Assembly: GCA_965235115.1 (NCBI GenBank)
Contig: OZ249436.1
Location: 35,652,001-35,716,000, forward strand
DNA length: 64,000 nucleotides
Origin: Laetmonice hystrix
Lineage: Eukaryota
Reading direction: 5' to 3'
In this document: piece after piece, positions 1-13,635 of the stretch
Position numbering within the stretch: the first letter of the stretch is position 1
Layout: each line of letters starts with the position of its first letter
Position numbers and translations under genes: made by a program
Notes under the pieces: model-generated
Seen by the model: the letters and a program-made list of their open reading frames with translations, nothing else
The model's database searches: none
Told to the model about the DNA's origin: nothing

Positions 1-572
1 AATCTTATACTAATATAGACCTAGCCTATAGTTGTACCGTACAGATAATCCATACCTCTAGATCATCCCATGGACATCCTTTCTACAGATATATTTGAAA
101 ACATTCCCAAAGCTGATGTTAAAGAATTTTGCGATATTCAACTGTCCCAAAACGTGTTCCCCTTTTGATCCAACTATTGACTTTGAATATTCTCAGGTCC
201 GTTCCATCCTGCCATCCTGCCCAGAGGCGGATCCAAGGGGCAGAGGGCCGGCGACAGAAATACACTGCAGTCTATATAATAATATCTAAGGCAGTGGGGG
301 TGGTGGCCCTTTCAAGTTAAAGTGATCTGTACTTTAAGAATACCTTTCTTCAATAGATGCAATTCTTGGCAACAATCGGCCGGCCGGCTATGCTTGGCCG
401 CGGTGGACAAAAATCAAGAATGCAAGTCACCGAAAACATAAAATCATGAATTCGCGATTTTTTATTTTAAGGCCAATCATAACGGTGAAATGCCTAAATG
501 ATCGGCCGGCCGGCAAGGCCAGTGGACCAAGCCCATAATAAGATGGATGAACGGCTCGCGGCGCTTCCTTAG

Positions 573-1223
573 CCCTTGTAAGGGCACGTCCAGGGAGTTG
601 CTTTGTAGGGCACAAGGGTTTTTTTTGGACCCCACATTTTAGGTTATCAAAACTTGCAAAATTTAAACAGACAAATAATTTAAAACATATTTTTTTATTT
701 GAACTAAACATTCTAAAGGCTTACCTGTAGGTACTAAAAACTCCTAACCAAAAATCATCTTAACACTTTTCGAACTTTGACAAAATCTGGATGGACAGTA
801 GAAACTCCAAAAATACCCCATGTGCCCTTACAAGCACCTATACCAGAAGAAGCTTCATCAAATGCTTCATAGTTACACGCATTTACTGAATACTGTTATA
901 CATGCAGATGAGGAGACTTTGGCCCAAAGTCAGCAGGTGGCATTTAACCGTCTAGAGTAAGAGACATCTTGTGGAAAAGGGCGTTTTCAAAGCTTGGGGT
1001 CCAAAAAGACCCCTGGTACCCAGCAACAGCTTTTTCATGAAACTAAGAAGCATGCCAGCCGACTCTGTCGACATGACAATAAAATCTTTAAATGAATATG
1101 TTAAAAATCAACTAGGAAACGATATCATAGAAGTGCAGAATTCAAATTTCAGTGTTAATGAAAACATTTTCAAAAATACCGGCTTGGGGTCCAAAAATAC
1201 CCCACGTGCCCTTAATACAAGGG
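573..1223. mobile_element. piggyBac-like MITE
   Basis: CCCTTGTA..AGGGCACGT / ACGTGCCCTTA..TACAAGGG inverted ends; TTAA on right, TTAG on left. Confidence 0.5.
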
Positions 1224-2828
1224 TTAAGCAGGGCCGTATCTAGCGGAGGGGGAGCTCTCCTCCACAAGTAGATCTAATCGTAATCATGATGACAAAGTGC
1301 CCTTTTTAGGAGCAGGTGCCTGAAGGTCTGCCGCCCAAGCAATTTTAGGCTGCGTACTGCCTTGCTAAGTTCCTGTTCAGGATATTTCCCGAACAAAATA
1401 CCGCCCTGCATGTCACATCTCATCAACAAAATGGCAAAAGAAAATGGATCACATAGGCCCCAGCGAAGTTTGATAATAATTCAGAAATGCCTTTTGACAT
1501 GAAATTAGGAATAACCTCTAACTGGATAAACAATGTATAGTAATTAGGATAATGCCTTACCGTAAGACTCGCAGGAACTTGTGTCACACGGCCAGCTTTT
1601 TGACACGACGACGTTTTGAATGCGTGTGCTTTGGTCGAGCGACGCGTTGGTTGTGGCCGCTCGCCCATACGGTAAGTCAATGTACGCATCTCATTTTGTG
1701 ACGTGCTAGGCCTGTTGGAGGCTGAACACCGACTTCCAACGATTGGTAGTTGGTCCAATGACGTAGGTCTGATCATTTCATGCAGTATTACATAAGACCA
1801 ATTAATTGATCATTTCCGAGGACAAAGAGAATCGTTAAAACGGAGCTAGGCTTGGTCAATAATTGGCAATAACATTAGGTATGTGTGTCCGGAACAAGGT
1901 ATGGATGTATATAAGATAGGAAGAATGAAAGCTGAGGTGGCGAAAAGTCATATTATTGAAGAATGGAACAGGAGAGAGCATGAGGAAGATATAAGAAAGA
2001 GTGTACAAATAAGGGAATTGTGTGAGCAGATAGTATGGATGAATGGATCTTAGAAAGACAAGAAATCTGTGACATGGTTGTGACTTAATCAAATTGTTTG
2101 TTAAAACAACTAATAATTTAGGCCAACCAATTGATAGTTTTTCAACCAGTCCGTTTTAGAGTGTAATGTAAATATTACAGTAAAGGTAAGCAAACGGGGT
2201 AGTCAAATTACTGTAAAACTTCAAATTACTCTAAATTTTCTACATTGAAGATGCTGTATCATTTATACAATTGCTCTGGTGTACAAAATGCTTTATTGCA
2301 GAATGTACACAATAAGGAACGCTATTGCAGTAAATGCCAAATTACTGTATAATTTACAGTATGAAGGTGCTGCGTTATATAGAGTTAATCTATTTTACAG
2401 CATCCTTAATGTAAAAATTACAGTAAAAGTATAATAAACGGGGTAAACGTCAAATTACTGTAAAATTTACAGTATAGTTCTTTAGAAATTACAACATTTT
2501 TTGACAGTCTAGGCCTAGTGAGCAGTAGGTGTGTACACACGGGTGATAGATACATAACACAACATTTATCGGACACTAGGCCCATGTCTTACGTATGGTA
2601 AGGAGTAGTAACATGTGGGCTTCAATGTTATAAAAGAAATCTTGAGTTACCAGTTTGCTGTGTTGAAATTTAATCTCTTGGATATACTACGCGTATATAC
2701 ACAAACAGCATGGCGGGCAGTGGTGTGCGCAGGGGTGTGTGTGTGTGTGTGGGGGGGGGGGGGTCCGGGGTCTCTGTAACCCCTCCCCCAATCCAAAATC
2801 AAGTATAGGCCTATAGAGCTTGCATTAA

Positions 2829-3327
2829 AGGAAATATGTCGAGGGCGGTATCGACTGAAATCTTCAGTTTTCTGCTTACCTGCATGCTCACCACCGACGT
2901 ACTTTATGGCACTGATTGTTTTTCATATTGATTCTGTTAACATACTACGAGTAGACAGCTTTGAAATTCTCCCTAGTGTAGACAAATGACTAAAACTAGC
3001 TGCCGTGTCCGCAAAGTGCGACGAATCCGCCATTTTGGCCCCCTTTGGCTGCCGCGAACCGTTTAAACGGGTCCCATGATCACGTGACTCTCGCTGTGAT
3101 TACTCGAGATGTAAACACGCGCCATTGCTGCCGATCGTGTGAAAAGGGTGCAAAACACAGCCGGCGATCATTTTCAGTTACCGCATTAAGAATTGGCGAT
3201 TTTTTTTTTTACAAAATACCGGCCAAAGCTACATAAACAGAACCTTTGGGGCATATCGGAGAACCGCAATGCAGACATATTTTTGCTGAAACACGACGTA
3301 TTATTTGGAATCCGTGACATATTACCT
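2829..3327. mobile_element. Kolobok-like MITE
   Basis: TIR AGGAAATATGTC / GACATATTACCT, TTAA on both sides. Confidence 0.65.
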
Positions 3328-3748
3328 TTAAGGTACACGACCAGCCCCCCCCCCCCCCCAGCATTGTTCCCCCGACCCAGGTGGAACCCCCTTCAACAAA
3401 TTAAGCGCACGGCCCTAAGGCGTCTGATATAGGGGGTGGTCCATCAAAAGAGAGGGAGGGGGGCAAAATTTATTTTAAGAAAAAGGGAAATTATTTTTAT
3501 ATCTGCATGCATGTTCCAAAACAAATTTATAAGCCTATATTGTCGTTATCGACGCAGTTGGACATTTAGGTTATATGCCTACTGATGAGTCCTAATAACC
3601 TAACGGAAATGAGGTATTCCTAAATAGGTAAAATGGCACGCGATATCTCTAGAGGTAATATAATTAGGCATGTAGGCTGACAGCCAACCTTTCCATCTCT
3701 TCTCCCTGTCGTTGCCGGTCTTCCGGTAGCGCTATAATAGCCTATACA

Positions 3749-3905
3749 GAGTGAGGTCTTTTCAACAGCCCCAGCTGATCTGAATGAACTTCAGCAAAGA
3801 ATAACTGATGAAGTCAATGTGGTACGACAGGACAGGACAGGACAGGACAGGGAGCTCATCAGACGTGCTGTGAGGGACATGTTGAGGCGAGCACAAGACA
3901 GATAG
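3749..3905 (+). pseudogene. Tc1/mariner transposase C-terminal remnant
   Basis: SEVFSTAPADLNELQQRITDEV...ELIRRAVRDMLRRAQ resembles the helices after the final catalytic residue; interrupted by a (GACAG)n expansion. Confidence 0.55.
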
Positions 3906-4204
3906 GAACATTGCAGAATAAATCCGTTGAATGTCAATATTCAATATTCAACTGTGAATAAAATTAAATGTTAAAGGAATGCTTCTTCTTTGTCCTTTGT
4001 CCTGTTTTGACCTATTTATCTGAAATTTGTACCACAACCCCCAAATAACCAGCTGAATCTATCAGTAAATGTGACCCAATGCGTCATTCATAGGGAAGAG
4101 CATAGATGTAATAGAGTTAATGCGCCCTCTCCCATGTGGGTGCTCTCATGGGGCTGCAACTTTGGCCAGTGATTTAACGGTCGGTAGAACCTACCAACCG
4201 TTAA

Positions 4205-5002
4205 ATCACCGTTGAGGAATACCGAAATCCATAATTTATAAATGTACCTATATCACCATTGAGAAATAGCAAAATCCATATATAATTACCGAAATTACCC
4301 TTGAGAAATACTGAAATCCAGTCTATATTATAATTATAAATACCGAAATCACCATTGAGAAAATACGAAATCTACTTTGAATTCCGAAATTACCCCCAGA
4401 GAAATACAGAAATCACCCGAGACAAATAACAAAATCCAATCTAAATACCGAAATCACAACAGAAATCCAATCTAATTACCGAAATCACCATTGAGAAATA
4501 TCGAAATCCCTCCTAAATACCAAAATCACCCCCAGAGAAATACAGAAATCACTCCAGACAATTACCGACTGTCTGGGGTGATTTTGGTATTTAAGTAATT
4601 AGATTGGACTTTGGTATTTGTCTCGAGTGATTTTGGTATTTCTCTGCATGGGGGTGATTTCGGTATTTAGAGTGGAGTTCGGTACTTCTCAATGGTGATT
4701 TCGGTAATTTAGACTGGATTTGGATATTAATTTTGTCTTGGGTGATTTCGGTATTTCTCAACGGTCATTTCGGTATTTCAGTATTTCTCAATGGCGATTT
4801 CGGTAATTAGATTGGATTTCGGTATTTGTCTTTTTATAGATTGAATTTAGGTATTTCTCACTTCGTGATTTCGGTATTTAGATTGGATTTCGATATTGGA
4901 GTGATTTCAGTATTTAGATTGGATTTCGGTATTTCTCTGTAGTGATTTCGGTATTTAGACTGGATTTCGGTATTTCTCTAGGCTGATTTCGGTGATTTCA
5001 GT
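4205..5002. repeat. Foldback array of ACCGAAATC-containing short repeats
   Basis: Forward ACCGAAATC units to ~4570, then reverse GATTTCGGT units to ~5000; related array at 19361-19478. Confidence 0.75.
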
Positions 5003-5029
5003 AAATAGACAGACCACTACATAGATGCC

Positions 5030-5490
5030 TTTTTCCTCCTTGGTCTTGGGCCCCCAAAATCGCCTGCGTGCCTAATTTGGAACTATCATCAAGGTTGCTC
5101 CTACTTTTCCAGAAATTCAAGAAATGAGCCCTCCTTCGAGCGTGTTTAACACGTCATAAGTCATTGACGTGACGTCATATGACGTAATCAATCAATAGCT
5201 GATCATTTTAGTGGATGATCAATGTTCCCTGCAAGTTTCATGACGATATCGTCATAGATAACCGAGATACGGCCATAGTCTAACTACCGGAATAATCAGA
5301 AGAAGAAGAAGAAGAAGAAGAAGAAGAAGAAGAAGAAGAAGAAGAAGAAGAAGAAGCAGAAGCAGAAGCAGAAGAAGAAGAAGAAGAAGAAGAAGAAGAA
5401 GAAGAAGAAGAAGAAGAAGAAGAAGAAGAAGCAGAAGAAGAAGAAGAAGAAATCCCATTTCCCCCTTCGGGGGGGGGATGGGATAATCAT
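5030..5490 (+). mobile_element. Helentron-associated non-autonomous element (HINE/DINE-like) 3' part with (GAA)n microsatellite
   Basis: (GAA)n 5298-5451 immediately followed by the terminal hairpin ATCCCAT..CCCCCTTCGGGGG..ATGGGAT; 5' boundary uncertain. Confidence 0.55.
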
Positions 5491-6388
5491 TACTAGTCTT
5501 GTTTCATAGAAAGTTACAAATTCCCTCACTCCGATCGAAACATCACATAAACTATAATTTCGAGAAAGTGACATGGTAAGGCAATCTTCATATACAGTGT
5601 CCTGTCGGTCATTATATACTAAGCCTCCACGACGGGGCGTCTTGCATGCCAATGGCTTTTACATTACAAAGGAGAACACTGGCCTATCCGCGACTGCGGA
5701 AGATCACCAAAGGACCGAACAGGATCAGACACCTTCACTGTGACATGTATGACCTTAGAACATTGGCCACCTTTACCCTGCTCAAAGAAGAGCATGCAAG
5801 ATTGCGTGCAGGCATCAGCGTCCTTGCTTATAAAATGAAAGGACACCAGTTGGCATGTTTTTTCATCCTTACAGAATCAGTCCTATGTAATTATTTTCAG
5901 CACCAGGCCTATCTCCTGTGTCATGTCGGATTTTCAAAGGGGCGGAAAGTAGCGGTGTGCAGGTCAGGTTATGTACAACGGTGTTAAATGAGGCTCATTA
6001 GGGCAATGCGTAAAAAGTAGAAACGTTTGAGAAAGACTAAATAATGTTGATACTGCGAGAGCTGGGCAGAGGTTAGACCATCATCTGTACCTCAATACAA
6101 AGCAACAGACAGGGTCCGGTTTTTTTTAATTACGAGAGAAAGAAAACAATCAAATATCTCTGAATCATAACTCCAAGACTATATTGCATAAAAATATTAT
6201 TACCATACATTTGAAAATTATCACAGATCACCATTTAGGCATACTGTACCTCGCTACCAATCGCGGGGTCATTTCCGAGAAAAAACTTCGTGGTCATTTT
6301 CCTCCCAATATCCGAAAAGGTGTTTATAGAGTCAGGAGTTTTCCTCAGGTTGATGAATACGCATTACGCACGACGCACTACGCATTAA

Positions 6389-7435
6389 GCTAGGCATCCA
6401 TAGGTCCGTATATGCGTATGCGTAATGCGTATGCGTCATGTTGAAATCCACGCAGGTGTGTCCGTAGTGCGTATTTCTAGCATCCATAGATGCGTAAAAA
6501 AAATAGTGGTACGTACGCGTATATATAATTTTTTTTATACAAAATTATCAAAATTTCAGTTTCCAGGGAAAAAAGGTAGGCCTAGTATAGGCCTAGGGCC
6601 TATAGATTTAGGCCTATATGGATCTGTTGAAAGTACGAAAATGAAAACTTTGTTGAGAGGGGTGTGAGGCTGACTAGGCCTACCCCTAGCATGCGGCCCA
6701 TAGATGTGACGGGGGGGGGGGGCGGCAGGGCTAATATTAGTAGCCTAGGCCTACTATAGGTCTAATAACTCTTGGCCGCGGCTCTACGATGCAGAGGCGT
6801 AGGAAGCACTTTAAAAGTGGGGGCCAACAAGGCCATGCGCAGAATTTTTCGAGGGGGGATTAGAGTTTGGCGGGGGGGGACTGGCCGAGCGCCGAAGGCG
6901 CGAAGCCATGCTAGGGGAGTCCGGAGGCATGCCCCCCGAAAAATTTTGAAATTTATAATGTAATTTGGTGCATCTTAGAGCACAAAATAAGGTCTGAAAT
7001 GTGAGAAAATACCCTCCTTCTGCATAGACTCCCATAGACTTCCAATGGCAAAAGTCAAGGGGAGGGAAAAGGTGGGGGGGGGCATTTCAAATTGGGGGCC
7101 ATGGCCCCCCTGCCCCCTTTTCCTACGCCCCTGCGATGTGAAGTAGGCCTAGGCCTAGATAGGCCCTATTCGGACTCCTCCCAGGGCCCACAATCTGTCA
7201 TTCATTCCGGGAAAACACCACGTTTCTTACGTCATAGAATATGGAATTCCCCCTGCGTATGCGTAAAAAAAAGGGTCAGGAGGCAATCGCTTGCGTAGTG
7301 CGTAAAACCTTACGCTTCACGCATACGCACTACGTATCTATGGATGCATGTCAATTGAAATCCATTGTGACCTTTTAATTACGCATTACGCTTACGCATT
7401 ACGCATACGCATATACGGATCTATGGATGCCTAGC
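6389..7435. mobile_element. TTAA-flanked MITE with TGCGTA-rich TIRs
   Basis: GCTAGGCATCCATAGGTCCGTATATGCGTATGCGTAATGCGT / near-perfect reverse complement at 7395-7435; TTAA on both sides. Confidence 0.75.
6792..7133. mobile_element. hAT-like MITE with 5-bp TSD, nested in the previous element
   Basis: CAGAGGCGTAGGAA / TTCCTACGCCCCTG, TSD CGATG at 6787-6791 and 7134-7138. Confidence 0.75.
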
Positions 7436-7772
7436 TTAACGCAACAGGCCCATACTACGTACACATGGATTCCTGGCTTTATGATTTTTTGCGGAGGCTT
7501 CAAGGGAGATGTAGGTTCATATATTTTCTCAAAATTCATTTGCAGCACTATTACCATTACCCCCATCCCTTTCACGGCATCCAATAGTTTTAGCGTTATT
7601 ATCCTGGATCCAGTCTTCATTTGAACTTTCTCGGATGTCATGCGTGGGTCATTCCCACTTTTTATCCGATATATAATTCGACAGGTTTACTTTAGTATCA
7701 CTTCTACAACTTGACCTTGCTGCCAATAACTTTGTCTGGGTGTGAATGGGGTGTAAAGAGGAATCGGAATCC

Positions 7773-7857
7773 TTCAGTAGTACCTGGGTAAGTGGACACT
7801 TCAGTAGTACCTGGGTAAGTGGACACTTCAGTAGTACCTGCATGGGTAAGTGGACAT
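7773..7857. repeat. 27-bp tandem repeat x3
   Basis: TTCAGTAGTACCTGGGTAAGTGGACAC. Confidence 0.85.
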
Positions 7858-8922
7858 TCCAGGAAGAAAGGAGGGGGTTTCCGGATATTCCAGGAAGGAA
7901 GGGTGTTTACAGGAAATTCCTGGAAGGTATGACGTCAGAGGATCAAAGGTCGGGATCATTGTGGTTTGAAACGAGGTGACTAGGTCAGAAGAGGCTTATA
8001 TCCTATTTTTAATGACTAATAAGGATCCATCCCCGTGGGTCACCAGGTGCGATATGAATTGAGGACAGAGGGTTGTAAGTCACCCCAAACCCCTTCCTGG
8101 GGTCGATGATGTGCGGAGGAGGAGGAAGAAGAGGATTCTAATCCTGAATAGATCTATAAAAGGCTGATCTGTGCATAAGCTGGATCAATTGACATCTAGA
8201 CTCCCATCAAGCACATGATGTCATTGACACACGCGACTGGACACGCCATTTTGTTAACATGGCCCAGGGGAAACTGCAGGAAGGTCCGGATGCTCACGGG
8301 GTTGGGAAAGTAAAATGCCATGCTGATGACGAGGAGGGGAAAAAGGAAACCCCACCCATAGAATTGGTGACACCCACACAACAGGCGATGGAGATGGCAC
8401 GTTCAAAGCTATAGAAAAAAGAAAACAGGCTGCCGAGAAAAGAAGAACAAAACAAAAAGGAAGAAATAACAAAAACAATGTCCTGGGAGATGGCATTTTC
8501 AATTGTATTTATATGAAATAAAACGTATTTTAATCGGGCTATCCACATAAGCGATTTTACCCCCAGAACGACTTCGTAAGTAGCATCGAACCGACGACAT
8601 AGCGTCAGTCGCCCTGCATGGTGGACATGCTAAGCGCTAATGAAACAATGGCTAAGGGTTAGCACTATTTTGGGGACGCGAAAGTTTGTAGTATGTAGCC
8701 AAAGGCCGTGATATTCTAAGCAAGTTAAAAAATATTTGAACACAATTGGTGCTCAAATAGTTAAGATAGGCCTATAAGCACTTCAGTGCCGGAGCCTGCT
8801 TAGAACCTGCTCCGCTGGTGATGGCGGCCATAGCTCTCTGCTTGGGCTAATCTCTTGGCCTAATCTCACTTTGCTCCAACCACTGCTCTCCAGTTTGGGA
8901 GGAACGAAAAACTGACGCACCT

Positions 8923-9163
8923 ATGGAATACCGGCGACGATATGCGAGATGCGGGACAGTGTGTTTCGGTTAGGGTAAAGGTTAGGCCTAGGGTTAGTGT
9001 TAGTTTTCACTTTAGGGAAAGTTTAGCCCCCAAATTAGGCTATTGTTAAATAGGCACGTGGATCGTGATGTCGGTGTCAATAAGAAACATTCTATGTGCT
9101 AAATTGACACTGTTCGGTTCCATGTCGCTTCTCGCATCTCGCATGTCGTCGCCGGTATTCCAT
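8923..9163. mobile_element. MITE with 8-bp TSD and internal TTAGGG-like repeats
   Basis: TIR ATGGAATACCGGCGACGA.ATGCGAGATGCG; TSD ACGCACCT at 8915-8922 and 9170-9177. Confidence 0.75.
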
Positions 9164-10251
9164 AGGCCTACGCACCTGTTGCGTTGAGCGATACCATGCT
9201 ACATATGGTCTATGAGCGAACGTTGACAGCTTATTTATATAAGCAAAATTTGTTAGAACATAGACGAAAACTACCGATCATAGTAAAGAGGATTGGCTAG
9301 GAATTAAACCTACCGATGTCAGGGGATATATCAGGGTGGACACGGATCTCGGCAAGCTCCAGCCGTGGGTTTCAGCCGCCTGCATTCGTCATGTTGACGG
9401 CACCCGCAGGGCGACTGGGCCGGGCCCTGACCGTTGCTTCGACCGAGAGCGGTTGCTGACAGTGTTAGACTCTTGTGGTCACTTCAGCACAGACCTGTTT
9501 TAGTTGTGACTGTGACTGTGGGACTGACCCCCGTTGATTTTGCCGACCCGCCCCGGCTGCCTTTACTTTAGTCTAGTCTAGCCTAGCCCCTGCATACAAT
9601 AGATTAGCCCCGAAACGTCACTTCCGGCCAGCCCAATAGCAACAAATGGCTGCGCCGCTGAAGCCAGTGATTTTGACACGGTTGTCATGTTCAACATATG
9701 ACTTCTTGGAATGGGGGGATATTTATTTCCAACCACTACTCTGAAAGGTGAGTGCATTTTGAGGCCTTGCAGCTGTCCAAATGTGATTTTTGACTGGTCT
9801 TCTCCTTTAACTTCATAACGTACAGAGATCATAACTCTATAGGCCTATAGGCTATCATTCAGCGGCGTAATCCCCTACATAAAGAATGCATCTTTAAACT
9901 AGCAAAATTTGAAATATACGATTGTAGGCTAGTCCTACTACCATATTTAATAACAAACTTTTGCCAGATAAATAATTTTTTTTTGCAGTACTTTACATTT
10001 TCTTCTGCCGTTGTGATAAAGCACCCATAGAATATATTTTCATGTTTCCTGCACTATTAGAAATCCTACCCCCCTCCGCCCTCCCACAGACAAACAGTAC
10101 ATTTAATCATGTGCCTTGGAGACTTTCAACTTTAGTTTGTGGGCCCTTTTTTCTTTATTTGTGATGGGCCCTTTTGCCATTCGCCCCCCCCCCCCCCCAT
10201 CCTGGTATAATTTAGAACCATCCTTCTGAGGGGAGAAATGGGGGAAGTTAA

Positions 10252-10777
10252 AGGGAGTCGTAAATTTCATTTTTTCGATTTATGGCAGTCTTAGAAACAT
10301 ATGATTCCCATACCTTGGACTCCCAGTAACATCATGTGAGACTGTTATGGCCCAGCGACCAGTATTTAGTCAGGAAAATATGCCAAATCTCTCGCAAATA
10401 CGTAGCTCAGAATTAGCGAACGGCCCACAGGATATTTTAGTTGGCCGCGGTCGGGCGATGATCACGCGTGATCACGTGACTTCCGAGTGTGGAAGGGAAT
10501 CTCCCTCTAGTCTAGCATTGTCCTAAATACCGCATGTACACCCGGAAGTCACGTGATCACGCGTCATCATCGCCCGACCGCGGCCAACTCAAATATCCTG
10601 TGGGCCGCTCGCTAATTCTGAGCTACGTATTTGCGAGAGATTTGGCATATTTTCCTTACTAAATACTGGTCGCTGGGCCATAACAGTCTCACATGATGTT
10701 ACTGGGAGTCCAAGGTATGCGAATCATATGTTTCTAAGACTGCCATAAATCGAAAAAAATGAATTTTACGACTCCCT
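10252..10777. mobile_element. Palindromic Kolobok-like MITE (~230-bp arms)
   Basis: AGGGAGTCGTAAA.TTCAT termini, TTAA TSD, near-perfect arms around a ~60-bp spacer. Confidence 0.85.
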
Positions 10778-10957
10778 TTAATGCATGGCAGTAGGTATAG
10801 TGATATCCCAGAATGGGGCAGAATGGGGCCATCTGGGGCAAAATGGGGTGGGGGTACCCCGTATTGCCCCGAAGGCCATATTCCCAATAACTGGATGACT
10901 GCACGCACACGTCTGTGTCGGCTATACGTGCTGGCGGTGATCAGCCAGTTAGTACAC

Positions 10958-11087
10958 CAATCTAATTAAAATTAGATCTTAGTTATTTCGCATGCGCTCG
11001 AGGTAGGCCCTATGGAGCGCAGGCAGCACTGACACAGCCGAGAGAGACGCGGAATAGGCCTACCAAGATCTAATTTTAATTAGATTG
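10958..11087. mobile_element. MULE-like MITE, copy 1 (short form)
   Basis: TIR CAATCTAATTAAAATTAGATCTT; 10-bp TSD GTTAGTACAC. Confidence 0.8.
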
Positions 11088-11428
11088 GTTAGTACACTAT
11101 AGCGTTTGAAAACAATATAGATTCGGTGAATCCCCCTTGGTGAGACAGTTACGTATGACAACCAGCCCTGATATTTTAAGAAAAAAAATCGAAAAATCGA
11201 TGACAACACTCGCTGTGCAACTTCCGGATTAACTCAAATTGTACAAACTAGATGGCAGCATAAATTGCGTGAGTTATGACAATATTCCGTTTTGCCCATT
11301 CATGATCCCGTTTTGCTCCAGGTTCCTAGATAGATCTATCCGTTCTAACGCGTTAAGCCTAAACTTAAGTAAGATCTTAAGATTGTAGGAACCAGGCCCA
11401 GATGTAGGCCCCTAGTCCGCGTTGTAGT

Positions 11429-11722
11429 CAATCTAATTAAAATTAGATCTTAGTTATTTCGCATGCGCTACATACTAGGATCTAACGGCATCCCGTATGG
11501 GGTCACCTCAGGCTGACCTTTGACCCAGATTCAAGTGTACCGTTGAAAATGCCTACGAGCGCACACCGAAGATTTCGTAGGCGGCTCGCTGATTGGCTGA
11601 ATCCCGAGGTCAACCTGAGGTGACCCCTAATGGGATGTCCTTAGATCTAGGTATGGAGCGCAGCCAGCACCGACACAGCCGAGAGAGACGCGGAATACCA
11701 AGATCTAATTTTAATTAGATTG
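11429..11722. mobile_element. MULE-like MITE, copy 2 (with internal palindrome)
   Basis: same TIR; 9-bp TSD CGTTGTAGT. Confidence 0.8.
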
Positions 11723-11977
11723 CGTTGTAGTAGGCCTATTTCGTAATTCCACCACAAAATATAGGCAGTCAAGTAGGCCTATCACCCTAAACTTAACAAT
11801 CCACCACAGTTTTAAACAACATTCGTCTTTATAGATCGACAAGGCCATATAATCACCCCACCCTCTTTTGGCGGGTTTCTGTGAGGGACCAGATGATGAC
11901 GTCAATTTTGCCAACACCTGCGCTCAGTATGTTGATAGGCTACACTTCACATAGGGAGCTACCCTCCCCCCCCCCCC

Positions 11978-13415
<1,438 letters not shown>

Positions 13416-13468
13416 GGCGCCAAGACTAGGACCAGGAGGTGCCATCAAGATTGACTAGTCCTGCTAAG

Positions 13469-13635
13469 ATGAAGCTGGGTGACACGTTTCCGACGGACCA
13501 CAGCTTTTCTGAGGCATTTGACCAGTACAAGCAGGGTCAGAATGCTGTTTATCGCATATACGCCTCAGAAACTGTGAAGACGTATCTACAAAAACACTCA
13601 GGAAGACAAGACATACGGATCCCAGAGGGGATAAG
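13469..13635 (+). pseudogene. Putative MULE/ZSWIM3-type transposase N-terminal exon fragment
   Basis: MKLGDTFPTDHSFSEAFDQYKQGQNAVYRIYASETV resembles the FAR1/ZSWIM3 N-terminal pattern; ends at ag|gttagt donor; no downstream exon found. Confidence 0.4.

Noticed and set aside
5252..5652. Poly-Leu and poly-Phe ORFs
   Set aside because: Translations of the (GAA)n microsatellite.
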